Assembly (NCBI GenBank): GCA_904387305.1
Contig: CAJFLB010000005.1
Span: 6,704-70,703 of the forward strand
DNA length: 64,000 bases
DNA from: an uncultured Clostridia bacterium
GTDB lineage: Bacteria; Bacillota; Clostridia; TANB77; CAG-508
Direction: 5' to 3'
Part shown: piece after piece, positions 27,183 through 36,637 of the stretch
Layout of the letters: each line of letters opens with the position of its first letter
How positions within the stretch are numbered: the first letter of the stretch is position 1
Notes under the pieces: model-generated
What the model was told of the DNA's origin: nothing
Database searches by the model: none
Seen by the model: the letters and a program-made list of their open reading frames with translations, nothing else
Translations under genes and position numbers: made by a program

Positions 27183-30100
27183 ATGAGATTAAGAATGAAT
27201 ACTATATTAGGAGAGCTTGGAAAATCTCAAAAGTTTGTAACATTGGTAAATCAAATAGAAAAAGAAAAAAGTCCGATAATGCTATCGGGCTTAACTGGCG
27301 TGGGAATGGTAGAATTATTAACAAGTATTAATGAATATGCCAAAAGACCGATTTTAATTGTTACATACAATGAAATTCAAGCAAAAGAAATTGTAGAAAA
27401 TATAAAAGCATTTATGGATAAAGGAGACATCTTTCCCAAAAAAGAAATTGTAACTTATGACTATATTGCAGAAAGTAAAGACTTACCTTATGAAAGAATA
27501 GAAGTCTTAAGTAAAATTAAAGAAAAAAGAAATCCAATTATTGTTACCACAATAGAAGCTTTAATGCAAAAATTACCACCAAAAGATATGTTATTTAAAA
27601 ACTTGTTACATTTCAAAGTAGGAGATGTATATTCATTAGAAGATATAAAGAAAGCATTAGTCAATTTAGGATATGTAAGATGTGACTTAATAGAAGGAAG
27701 AGGACAATTTAGTGTTAGAGGTGGCATTCTAGATATTTCTGTTTCTGAAAAAATAGGTGTAAGAATTGAATTTTGGGGAGATGAAGTAGACTCTATTAGA
27801 AATTTTGCCATTGTTAGCCAAAGGTCAATTAATACTTTAGAAAAAGTAGAGATTTATCCAGCACATGAATATATATTAGAACAATCCATAGAACAAGTAT
27901 GTAAAAATATTAGAAATGTAAGTGTAACTGAAGCACAAAAAGAAATTATAGAAGAAGATATAGAGCAAATTATAGGTGGAAACTATATCAGTAAAATTGA
28001 TAAATATTTTGATTGTTTTTACACACATTCCTCTACATTATTAGATTACTTATCTGACAAATATATCATCGCATTAGATGAAGAGAGAAAAATAGAGCAA
28101 AGAACAGAAAATATTAAACAAGATAGAAAAAATTTAATAAATGCTTTGGTAGAAAAAGAAAAAATGATTCCTCAAAGTTTAGAGGATACGATTGAATATG
28201 AGGAAATCGAAGACATATTAGAAAATGGAAAAAGAAATTTAATCTATTTAGAAAAACAAGATAGTGTAACCAATAAACAAGCGGAAAAATATGTTTTTGA
28301 ATATAGAGAAGTCAATTTCTATAAAAGTGAGATTGAAAACTTATTCCAAGAATTGAAAGAAGCAATAAAACAAAAAAAGAGTGTATATGTTTTAGTTGAG
28401 AATAAAGAGAAAGCAAAAAAATTAAAGGAAATATTAGAAAAAGAAGAAATTATTTGTAAGATAGAAGAAAAATTAGATAAAACCATTGTCGTAAAAACAG
28501 TAGAAAAAGTGGTTACCATTGGAATTGGAAAAATATCAGCAGGATTTGAAAACTATGAAATTAATCAATTGGTCATTTCGGCAGATGAATTGATTAGTGG
28601 AGAAAGAAGAAAAAGAAAAGCGGTTCATTCAGCCTATACAGAAGGAGAGAAAGTTGTATTTGCTGATTTAAAAATAGGAGATTATGTGGTCCATAGAACC
28701 TATGGAATTGGTATCTATATTGGTGTTAATACCATTAAAGCAGATGGAACCATTAAGGACTATATCAAAATCAAATACAAAAATGATGATATCTTGTATG
28801 TACCAACAAACCAAATGGATATGATTCGAAAATATGTTGGTGGAGATAAAATTAATCCGAAAATTAATCGATTAGGAAGCAAAGAGTGGGAAAATACAAA
28901 AACAAGAGTCAAGAAAAATTTAAGAGAAGTGGCAACAGAATTAATCGAATTATATGCCAAAAGAGAAAAGTCACAAGGATTTAGTTTTAGTAAAGATACG
29001 CCTTGGCAAAATGAATTTGAAGCTAAATTCCCATATCAAGAAACAGATGACCAATTACGTTGTATTGAAGAAGTCAAAAAAGATATGGAAAATGCTAAAC
29101 CAATGGATAGATTATTATGTGGTGATGTCGGATATGGCAAAACAGAAGTAGCGATAAGAGCAGCATTTAAAGCTGTTATGGACCAAAAGCAAGTAGCATA
29201 TTTAGCACCAACAACAGTTTTAGCAGAACAACAATATCAAGAATTTAAAGAAAGAATGAAGGATTATCCAATCAAAGTAGAAATATTGAACAGATTTAAA
29301 TCTGCAAAATATCAAAAAGAGGTTATTAAAGGTTTGAAATTGGGAGAAGTAGACGTTGTTGTGGGAACCCATAGAATCCTTAGTAAAGACGTGGAATTCA
29401 AAGATTTAGGATTACTTATTATTGATGAAGAGCATCGATTTGGTGTAAAAGATAAAGAAAAAATAAAACAATATAAGACAAATGTAGATGTATTGACCAT
29501 GACAGCAACACCAATTCCAAGAACTTTACACATGTCTATTGTAGGTGTAAGGGATATGTCTGTTATCTATGAACCACCGCATAACAGAAGACCTGTGCAA
29601 ACCTATGTGCTGGAATATGATAGAGAAGTTATAAAAGAAGCGATTACAAAAGAATTAGAAAGAGATGGGCAAGTATTTTACATCTTTAATAATGTAGAAA
29701 ATATTCAAAGAAAAGCAGATGAAATATCAAGATTGGTACCAGAAGCAGAAGTTTCTTATGCACATGGACAAATGTCAGGAAATCAGATTGAAGAAATCAT
29801 GGATGATTTTATTCAAAAGAAATCCAATGTATTGGTTTGCACAACCATCTTGGAATCTGGAATTGATATACCAAATGCCAATACCATTATTGTTGAAAAT
29901 GCGGATAGAATGGGATTAGCACAGTTGTATCAAATACGAGGAAGAGTGGGAAGAAGTGATAGGCAAGCATATGCATATATCACATATAAACGAGATAAAT
30001 TGTTATCAGAAGTGGCAGATAAGAGATTAAAAGCGATAAAAGAATTTACAGAATTTGGTTCAGGATTTAAAATTGCGATGCGTGATTTGGAAATCAGAGG

Positions 30101-30692
30101 TGCAGGAAGTTTACTTGGTGAAATTCAATCAGGACATTTAGAACAAGTAGGATATGATACCTATTGTAACTTGTTAGATGAAGTCATCAAAGAAATGAAA
30201 GGAATAGAAGTAAAACCAGAACTCGATATCCAAATAGACTTAAATGTAACCAGTTATATTCCAGATGACTACATTTCAGATGCAAATCAAAAAATTGAGA
30301 TTTATCAAGATATTGCATTATGTAAGAATGAAGAAGATATCCAAAATATTATTGATGAAATCATTGATAGATTTGGTAATATGCCAGCAGAATTAGAAAA
30401 CTTAATTGATATTGCAAGAATCAAATATTTAGCAAAAGCATTAAACATATCAAAGATTGCAAGTAGAAAAACAGCAGTAGTCTTTACATTTGAAGAAACC
30501 CAATTTCCATATGATGTAGCACAGCTTGTAAAGGAATATGGAAACAGGTTAAAATTTTCAGCAGGTATTAAACCAATGATTACATTAGAAATTGGTACAG
30601 ATAATGAAATGAAAATTCTAAATGATGTAACAGAGTTTTTGAAGACATTGACAAAGTACAAAAAAGAAGAGGAAAAAGAAATTGAACGTTAG
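27183..30692 (+). CDS. mfd: Transcription-repair coupling factor
   Basis: GDVGYGKTEVA, DEEHRFGV, LTMTATPIPRTL, RGRVGRS helicase motifs. ATG 27195 is an alternative start (RBS spacing is poor for both). Confidence 0.95.
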   Translation: MRLRMNTILGELGKSQKFVTLVNQIEKEKSPIMLSGLTGVGMVELLTSINEYAKRPILIVTYNEIQAKEIVENIKAFMDKGDIFPKKEIVTYDYIAESKDLPYERIEVLSKIKEKRNPIIVTTIEALMQKLPPKDMLFKNLLHFKVGDVYSLEDIKKALVNLGYVRCDLIEGRGQFSVRGGILDISVSEKIGVRIEFWGDEVDSIRNFAIVSQRSINTLEKVEIYPAHEYILEQSIEQVCKNIRNVSVTEAQKEIIEEDIEQIIGGNYISKIDKYFDCFYTHSSTLLDYLSDKYIIALDEERKIEQRTENIKQDRKNLINALVEKEKMIPQSLEDTIEYEEIEDILENGKRNLIYLEKQDSVTNKQAEKYVFEYREVNFYKSEIENLFQELKEAIKQKKSVYVLVENKEKAKKLKEILEKEEIICKIEEKLDKTIVVKTVEKVVTIGIGKISAGFENYEINQLVISADELISGERRKRKAVHSAYTEGEKVVFADLKIGDYVVHRTYGIGIYIGVNTIKADGTIKDYIKIKYKNDDILYVPTNQMDMIRKYVGGDKINPKINRLGSKEWENTKTRVKKNLREVATELIELYAKREKSQGFSFSKDTPWQNEFEAKFPYQETDDQLRCIEEVKKDMENAKPMDRLLCGDVGYGKTEVAIRAAFKAVMDQKQVAYLAPTTVLAEQQYQEFKERMKDYPIKVEILNRFKSAKYQKEVIKGLKLGEVDVVVGTHRILSKDVEFKDLGLLIIDEEHRFGVKDKEKIKQYKTNVDVLTMTATPIPRTLHMSIVGVRDMSVIYEPPHNRRPVQTYVLEYDREVIKEAITKELERDGQVFYIFNNVENIQRKADEISRLVPEAEVSYAHGQMSGNQIEEIMDDFIQKKSNVLVCTTILESGIDIPNANTIIVENADRMGLAQLYQIRGRVGRSDRQAYAYITYKRDKLLSEVADKRLKAIKEFTEFGSGFKIAMRDLEIRGAGSLLGEIQSGHLEQVGYDTYCNLLDEVIKEMKGIEVKPELDIQIDLNVTSYIPDDYISDANQKIEIYQDIALCKNEEDIQNIIDEIIDRFGNMPAELENLIDIARIKYLAKALNISKIASRKTAVVFTFEETQFPYDVAQLVKEYGNRLKFSAGIKPMITLEIGTDNEMKILNDVTEFLKTLTKYKKEEEKEIER

Positions 30693-30736
30693 GGACGTGT
30701 CAAATCGTTTAATTTTTGAACGATTTGACCTGTCCC
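30692..30736. repeat. GGGAC-capped hairpin overlapping the mfd stop codon
   Basis: GGGACGTGTCAAATCGTT / AACGATTTGACCTGTCCC. The first G is the G of the TAG stop. Followed by tandem CCCAATGTTCA x2 (30735-30756). Confidence 0.7.
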
Positions 30737-30787
30737 CAATGTTCACCCAATGTTCAAATAATATAAAAAAATAGGAGAGAAAGTGTT

Positions 30788-31906
30788 ATGGAAAAATCAA
30801 AAGTATATTTTACAGATTTTAGAGCAAAACCAGGATATAATTTGTTACAAAAATTAGAAAAATTAATGAAAAAAGCAGGAATTGAAAATATCGATTTCAA
30901 GAATAAATATGTAGCGATTAAAATTCATTTTGGAGAGCCAGGAAACTTAGCATATTTAAGACCAAATTATGCAAAGGTTGTTGCAGATGTTGTAAAAGAG
31001 TTGGGAGGAAAGCCATTTTTAACAGACTGTAATACTTTATATGTTGGCGGAAGAAAAAATGCTATTGACCATTTAGATGCAGCATATGTGAATGGATTTA
31101 GTCCATTTTCAACAGGATGTCATGTGATAATTGCAGATGGACTAAAAGGAACAGATGAAGCCTATGTAGATATTGATGGAGAATATGTGAAAACTGCAAA
31201 AATTGGAAGAGCTATTATGGATGCAGACATTGTCATATCTTTGAATCATTTCAAAGGACATGAAGGAACTGGATTCGGAGGGGCCATCAAGAATATTGGA
31301 ATGGGTTGTGGTTCAAGAGCTGGAAAAATGGAAATGCATAGCAGTGGAAAACCAGAAGTCATTTTAGAAAAATGTAAAAAATGTAAACAATGTATAAAAA
31401 TTTGTGCACATGGAGCGATTTCATATGATGCAGAAGGAAAAGCTGTGATAGATCATGATAAATGTGTTGGTTGTGGTAGATGTATTGGAATTTGTAATTT
31501 TGATGCTATTAAATCACCAAATGATGAATCAGCAGATATTTTAAATAAAAAGATGGCAGAATATGCATTGGCGGTTGTAAAAGATAGACCACAATTTCAT
31601 ATTAGTTTAATTTGTGATGTTTCACCAAATTGTGATTGTCATGCAGAAAATGATGCACCAATTGTTCCAAACATCGGAATGTTAGCTTCATTTGACATGG
31701 TTGCTTTAGATAAAGCTTGTGCAGATTTAGTGAACAAACAAGAGGTATTCCAAAATAGTGCATTAGGTGAAAATATTGAGAAAAAAGTAGAAGGACATGA
31801 TCATTTCCATATCAATCATCCAGATACCAATTGGGAGAGTCAAATTGAGCATGGAGAAAAAATGGGATTGGGAAGCTCTGAATACGAATTGATTGAAATG
31901 AAATAG
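30788..31906 (+). CDS. DUF362-domain protein with 4Fe-4S dicluster ferredoxin insert
   Basis: CKKCKQCIKICAHGAI and CVGCGRCIGICNFDAI motifs inside a DUF362-like scaffold. Confidence 0.8.
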   Translation: MEKSKVYFTDFRAKPGYNLLQKLEKLMKKAGIENIDFKNKYVAIKIHFGEPGNLAYLRPNYAKVVADVVKELGGKPFLTDCNTLYVGGRKNAIDHLDAAYVNGFSPFSTGCHVIIADGLKGTDEAYVDIDGEYVKTAKIGRAIMDADIVISLNHFKGHEGTGFGGAIKNIGMGCGSRAGKMEMHSSGKPEVILEKCKKCKQCIKICAHGAISYDAEGKAVIDHDKCVGCGRCIGICNFDAIKSPNDESADILNKKMAEYALAVVKDRPQFHISLICDVSPNCDCHAENDAPIVPNIGMLASFDMVALDKACADLVNKQEVFQNSALGENIEKKVEGHDHFHINHPDTNWESQIEHGEKMGLGSSEYELIEMK

Positions 31907-31991
31907 AAGTATAATAAAATTTACAAAAATGGAAATTATATATAAAGAGTTTGTTTAATAATTAATTGTATAGATAAAACTGGAGGAACTT

Positions 31992-32795
31992 ATGCAAGTA
32001 ATATCAAGTAAGGATAATGAATTTATCAAACATATCAAAAAATTAAAGGATAAAAAATATAGAGACTTGAACAATGAATATATCATTGAAGGTGTTAAAA
32101 TTATAGAAGAAGCCATCAATGAAAAAGCCAAGATTAAACAAGTCGTTATTTGTGATGATTGTGAAAAGACATCTAACATTCCAAAAGACCTTATGTATGA
32201 AATTGCTAAGCAAGAATGTGTATATGTCACAAGCAAGTTATTTGAAAGTTTAACAGATGTCACCAATCCACAAGGAATATTAGCGATTGTAGAAAAAAAT
32301 GCAATGAAATCAGCAGTTGTAGGTAGTGAAGAAATTGATTATAATCAAGACATCATAGTTGCGTTAGATGATATTCAAGACCCAGGAAATTTAGGAACCA
32401 TTTTAAGAACAGTAGATAGCATAGGAATCAACCAAATTTTAGTATCAAAAGGAACAGCAGACAGCTATAATCCTAAAGTAGTACGTTCAACAATGGGTGC
32501 CATATTTAGAGTTAAAATCATTGAATGTGAAGATTTAGAAAAGACATTAAAAGAAATCAAAAAGCATAAATTTGAGATTGTAGTAACATCATTACAAACA
32601 AAAAATAGCATATATGATATTGATTACAAGAAAAAAGTAATTGTCATTGGAAATGAAGCTAATGGAGTAGAAGAAAAGATACAAAAATTAGCAGATAAAA
32701 AAGTAAAAATACCAATGCTTGGGAAAACAGAAAGCTTAAATGCTTCAGTTGCAACAGGAATTATATTATATGAATATGTAAGACAAAAAATTTAG
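31992..32795 (+). CDS. TrmH/SpoU-family RNA 2'-O-methyltransferase (RlmB-like)
   Basis: DIQDPGNLGTILRT, VIGNEANGV, ESLNASVATGIILYE motifs. Confidence 0.8.
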   Translation: MQVISSKDNEFIKHIKKLKDKKYRDLNNEYIIEGVKIIEEAINEKAKIKQVVICDDCEKTSNIPKDLMYEIAKQECVYVTSKLFESLTDVTNPQGILAIVEKNAMKSAVVGSEEIDYNQDIIVALDDIQDPGNLGTILRTVDSIGINQILVSKGTADSYNPKVVRSTMGAIFRVKIIECEDLEKTLKEIKKHKFEIVVTSLQTKNSIYDIDYKKKVIVIGNEANGVEEKIQKLADKKVKIPMLGKTESLNASVATGIILYEYVRQKI

Positions 32796-32870
32796 GGACT
32801 ATTGGGACCAAATCTGTTTGGACCCATTATAGCCTTAATGGGTCCAAACAGATCTGGTCCCAATAGTCCC
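32795..32870. repeat. 76-bp near-perfect palindrome built from two diverged F1-like arms
   Basis: GGGACTATTGGGACCAAATCTGTTTGGACCCATTA, 6-nt loop, then its reverse complement (1 mismatch). The first G is the last base of the TAG stop. Confidence 0.8.
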
Positions 32871-32889
32871 TGTAAAAGGAGAAGGAAAA

Positions 32890-33387
32890 ATGAAATTACA
32901 TGTTGTATTAGTTGAACCAGAAATACCTCAAAATACAGGAAATATTGCAAGAACTTGTGCAGCCATTGGTGCCAAATTACATTTGGTATATCCATTGGGA
33001 TTTAGCATTTCAGAAAAAGCTGTAAAACGAGCAGGACTGGATTATTGGGATAAATTAGATATAGAGGAACACATATCTTTTAAAGAATTTTTAAATACAT
33101 ATAAACCAGAAGAGAATAACATGTTTTTTGTAACAACAAAGGGAAAACATGTTTATTCAGAACCTGATTTTAAAAATATGGAAGAAATTTTTGTGTTATT
33201 TGGAAAAGAGACCAAAGGATTGCCAGAAGATATTTTACAAAAATATATAGATAAAACAATTCGAATTCCTATGAGACCACATTTGAGGTCATTGAATTTG
33301 TCTAATTCAGTTGCGATTGTTGCATATGACATTTGCAGACAAAAAGATTTTGAAGAATTAGAGGAAATTAGTAGTTATTTTGATTAA
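32890..33387 (+). CDS. trmL: tRNA (cytidine/uridine-2'-O-)-methyltransferase TrmL
   Basis: MKLHVVLVEPEIPQNTGNIARTCAA N-terminus, SLNLSNSVAIVAYD C-terminal knot motif, about 165 aa. Confidence 0.85.
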   Translation: MKLHVVLVEPEIPQNTGNIARTCAAIGAKLHLVYPLGFSISEKAVKRAGLDYWDKLDIEEHISFKEFLNTYKPEENNMFFVTTKGKHVYSEPDFKNMEEIFVLFGKETKGLPEDILQKYIDKTIRIPMRPHLRSLNLSNSVAIVAYDICRQKDFEELEEISSYFD

Positions 33388-33507
33388 ACAATATTTTAGA
33401 ATGTAATCTAACTCAAAGTTCTTTTTATAAAAATATAAAAAGGGATTGAAAAATTTTTTAATACACTATATAATAAGCTAAAACACGTAAGATGAAGGAG
33501 AAAACAA

Positions 33508-34305
33508 ATGAATACATTTCGATTTGTACCAGAAGGTTGGAATGAAGAAGTTGAAAATTTAAATTTACAAAAGATACAAGAATATAAAGAGGAAAATAAA
33601 ATTGTACAGGGAATAGTACAAAGTTGTGATGAACAATATAATTTACATATTCAATTAGGAAATGAAATAGAAGGAATTATTCCAAGATGTGAAGTAGAAG
33701 ACATTCAAGAGGGAGAACCAGATGAAAGATTATGTACAGGAAAAGTACATAAATATGTTCAGTTTAAAATAAATAATATTGAAAAGGATAATACAGTGTT
33801 GTTATCTAGAAAAAGTGTACAACAAGAAGCATTGCAATATATAAAAAATGATATGCAAGTCGGACAACATGTAATTGGAATTGTAAAAAATATTAGACCT
33901 TATGGAGCATTTATAGAAATTGGAGGAGGTGTTGTTGGACTAGCACATATAGAAGATTTGTCTGTTGCGAGAATAAAAACACCATATGAAAGGCTAAAAA
34001 TTGGACAAAAAGTGAAAGTTGTGGTAAAATCTATAGATAGGTATACAGGAAAAGTCAATTTGTCATATAAAGAAACCTTAGGAACATGGGAAGAAAATGC
34101 TGAGAAATTTTCTACAGGCATGAAAGTAGAAGGTATTATTAGAGAAACAGAGAAAAATAAAAATGGCATTTTTATAGAATTAACACCTAATTTAGTAGGA
34201 ATGGCAGAATATAGTGAAGGATATGAATATGGGCAAAAGGTAAATGTGTATATCAAAAAAATAGATAAGGAAAAGAAAAAAGTTAAATTATTGATTGAAC
34301 AATAA
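33508..34305 (+). CDS. S1 RNA-binding domain protein
   Basis: GIVKNIRPYGAFIEIGGGVVGLAHIEDLS and further S1-like repeats. Confidence 0.8.
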   Translation: MNTFRFVPEGWNEEVENLNLQKIQEYKEENKIVQGIVQSCDEQYNLHIQLGNEIEGIIPRCEVEDIQEGEPDERLCTGKVHKYVQFKINNIEKDNTVLLSRKSVQQEALQYIKNDMQVGQHVIGIVKNIRPYGAFIEIGGGVVGLAHIEDLSVARIKTPYERLKIGQKVKVVVKSIDRYTGKVNLSYKETLGTWEENAEKFSTGMKVEGIIRETEKNKNGIFIELTPNLVGMAEYSEGYEYGQKVNVYIKKIDKEKKKVKLLIEQ

Positions 34306-34362
34306 TGTAGTTTATTATAAAAAAATATAGATAATTCTAAATTTATAAGGGGGAAAACAAAA

Positions 34363-35298
34363 ATGGTAGAAGATAATGAAATCAAGGCACAAGTATCTCC
34401 ATTTGCTATCAGAGAAGGTGAAATTAAAACCTTCGATGGAAAAGATGGGTATGTGTCAATGAATCAAATCGTACATAAGATTAATATTGGACATATTAAT
34501 GAAATCCATTTTGCAATTTTAGACTTAGTCAATGAATTTGAATTTATTACATCAAGACAGTTATATCAAATGTTGGAGATCAAAGGAATTGACCCTAAGT
34601 CACAAGATAAATTAAATAACAAATTAGATCAATTAGTAAAATCTAAAATTTTAACAAGATATTACTTTACTTCTGATGAAGGTAAAGGAATTTATAGAAT
34701 TTACTGTTTAGAAAAGATGGGAAAATATTTATTAAATTCTAAAGAAATTGATTGTAAATGGCAACCATCTGATAACACAAAACCAGTACCAATGATTAAA
34801 AAGAGATTAGCTGGAAATCAAACATTAATTGCCTATTTAAGAAAAGTAAAAGCATTTGATAGCTATATTGTAAAACCAGCAATTACGGCTAAAGTATCAG
34901 GAAAGCTATTTAAAGCAAGTGGTGGAGCAGTTAAACTTACGAAAAATGGAAAATCAATTCAATTTGTTTTTGAAGTTATCAGAAGAGAACCTGACTGGGA
35001 GAAAAAATTAGTTGAAAGAATGAGACTATATAAAGAATTCTATGAAAACTATGTTCCAGGTGATTCGGGATTTGCAGCAATGCCACAATTAATATTAATC
35101 TGTGAAGATGAAAAACATATGGCAGAAACGTTTAAAGAGATTGTAAAAAATAAATTAGAAATCTCACAAATCAAATTATATTTTACAACTGATTTAAGAC
35201 AAAATAAGGAAACATTAGAAGATACATTAGTAGATTTTAAATTAGTAGATGGAAAATATAAAATGGAAAATGTAGAATTAAAATTATTAGGAATGTAA
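34363..35298 (+). CDS. Hypothetical winged-helix protein, possibly replication-relaxation family-like
   Basis: Good RBS. HFAILDLVNEFEFITSRQLYQML...LDQLVKSKILTRYYF pattern resembles the wHTH N-terminus of that family. The assignment is by eye only. Confidence 0.5.
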   Translation: MVEDNEIKAQVSPFAIREGEIKTFDGKDGYVSMNQIVHKINIGHINEIHFAILDLVNEFEFITSRQLYQMLEIKGIDPKSQDKLNNKLDQLVKSKILTRYYFTSDEGKGIYRIYCLEKMGKYLLNSKEIDCKWQPSDNTKPVPMIKKRLAGNQTLIAYLRKVKAFDSYIVKPAITAKVSGKLFKASGGAVKLTKNGKSIQFVFEVIRREPDWEKKLVERMRLYKEFYENYVPGDSGFAAMPQLILICEDEKHMAETFKEIVKNKLEISQIKLYFTTDLRQNKETLEDTLVDFKLVDGKYKMENVELKLLGM

Positions 35299-35302
35299 GA
35301 AG

Positions 35303-35599
35303 TGTCCAATTGGGGACGTTTCTGTTTGGGACATTTTTAATATACTATAATAAAATAAAAAGAATATTATATAAAAAAATTATAGAATGACAAATGTGAA
35401 TGAAATCATGTTAGAAAAATTTAAGGTATCTAATAGGAGAATCTCAAATCTTGCGGTTTCGAGGTGCCTATTAGATACCTTTAGTTTTTCTTCATGATGT
35501 AATGTTAGCCGAGGAATGAAATAAATTTTTTCATATAGTATTCTTTATTATATAACGATACAAAGAAATGTCCCAAACAGAAACGTCCCCAATTGGACA
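35303..35599. mobile_element. F1-bounded MITE-like element between convergent genes
   Basis: Module A at 35303-35337 and its inverted copy at 35565-35599, flush with the pflA stop codon. The interior holds nested hairpins, including GGTATCTAATAGG...CCTATTAGATACC around a G+C-richer core. Confidence 0.65.
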
Positions 35600-36355
35600 T
35601 TAGCTAATTCCTAAAATTGCTTTTGCACGTTTGACATCATCATTAGTAGCATCTTTTATATCTTCTAAATCATATTTTAAACCTAATTTTGTCCATTTAT
35701 ATTTACCAATACTGTGATATGGTAAGATTTCTACCTTTTGGACTGTATTTAGACTAGAGATAAATTCCTTTAATGTTCGTAAATCTTTTTCATCATCTGT
35801 AAGCCCTGGAACTAATACTTGTCTAATCCATATTGGTATATGGTTATCACTTAAGTACTTTGCAAATTCCAATTCTAGTTTATTATCAAATCCAACTAAA
35901 TTTTTACATTTTTCACTATCAATGTGTTTAATATCTAGTAAAACTAAATCTGTTAAAGTTAATAATTGTTTAATATCATTTGTTAAGGTTACCATTCCAG
36001 AAGTATCAATACAAGTATGAATTTTTTTCTTTTTTAATTTTGTAAATAATTCAATTAAAAATTTTACTTGTAATAAAGGTTCTCCACCGGATACAGTAAC
36101 ACCACCATTTGGAGTGATATAATTTTTATATTTTAAAATCATTTTATAGATATCATCAACAGATTGATATTTTCCTTCTTTCATATCCCAAGTATCACGA
36201 TTATGACAATATTTGCATTGTAAATGACACCCTTGAAGAAATAAAACAAAACGGATTCCTGGACCATCAACAGCGCCAAAGGTTTCTATTGAATGTACTT
36301 TTGCATAATATCTTAAATCTTTTTCAGTATTTTGTGTAATTTTATCGTTTTCCAT
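35600..36355 (-). CDS. pflA: Pyruvate formate-lyase activating enzyme (radical SAM)
   Basis: CHLQCKYCHN (CxxxCxxC), GGVTVSGGEPLLQ. Confidence 0.9.
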   Translation of the reverse strand: MENDKITQNTEKDLRYYAKVHSIETFGAVDGPGIRFVLFLQGCHLQCKYCHNRDTWDMKEGKYQSVDDIYKMILKYKNYITPNGGVTVSGGEPLLQVKFLIELFTKLKKKKIHTCIDTSGMVTLTNDIKQLLTLTDLVLLDIKHIDSEKCKNLVGFDNKLELEFAKYLSDNHIPIWIRQVLVPGLTDDEKDLRTLKEFISSLNTVQKVEILPYHSIGKYKWTKLGLKYDLEDIKDATNDDVKRAKAILGIS

Positions 36356-36548
36356 AATGGCTCCTTTTTAATCTATATTTGTAATCATATAAAATTTTAT
36401 AATATATTGAAATGTAATGAATTAAAAGAGAATAGGGATTAAAGGAGAGTCCTTCAATCCCTTTTTTTATGTTATAGAAAAAATCATTTTTTTCTATAAC
36501 ACAAAAAACAACATTGCACAGAAAAATTGCTACGCAATTTTTCGCGTC

Positions 36549-36635
36549 GACAAATCTTTACGCTTCTTCGAAAACTTAAATATATATAGTTAAATTAAAA
36601 GAGTAGAGAAAAGTTTTCGAGAAACGAGATTTGTC
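36549..36635. repeat. 87-nt inverted repeat just downstream of the pflB stop
   Basis: GACAAATCT...TCGAAAACTT pairs with AAGTTTTCGA...AGATTTGTC. Confidence 0.5.
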
Positions 36636-36637
36636 TA

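Noticed and set aside
32792-32995. 67-codon minus-strand ORF spanning the 76-bp palindrome
   Set aside because: It overlaps the well-supported trmL start and runs through the palindrome; no RBS.
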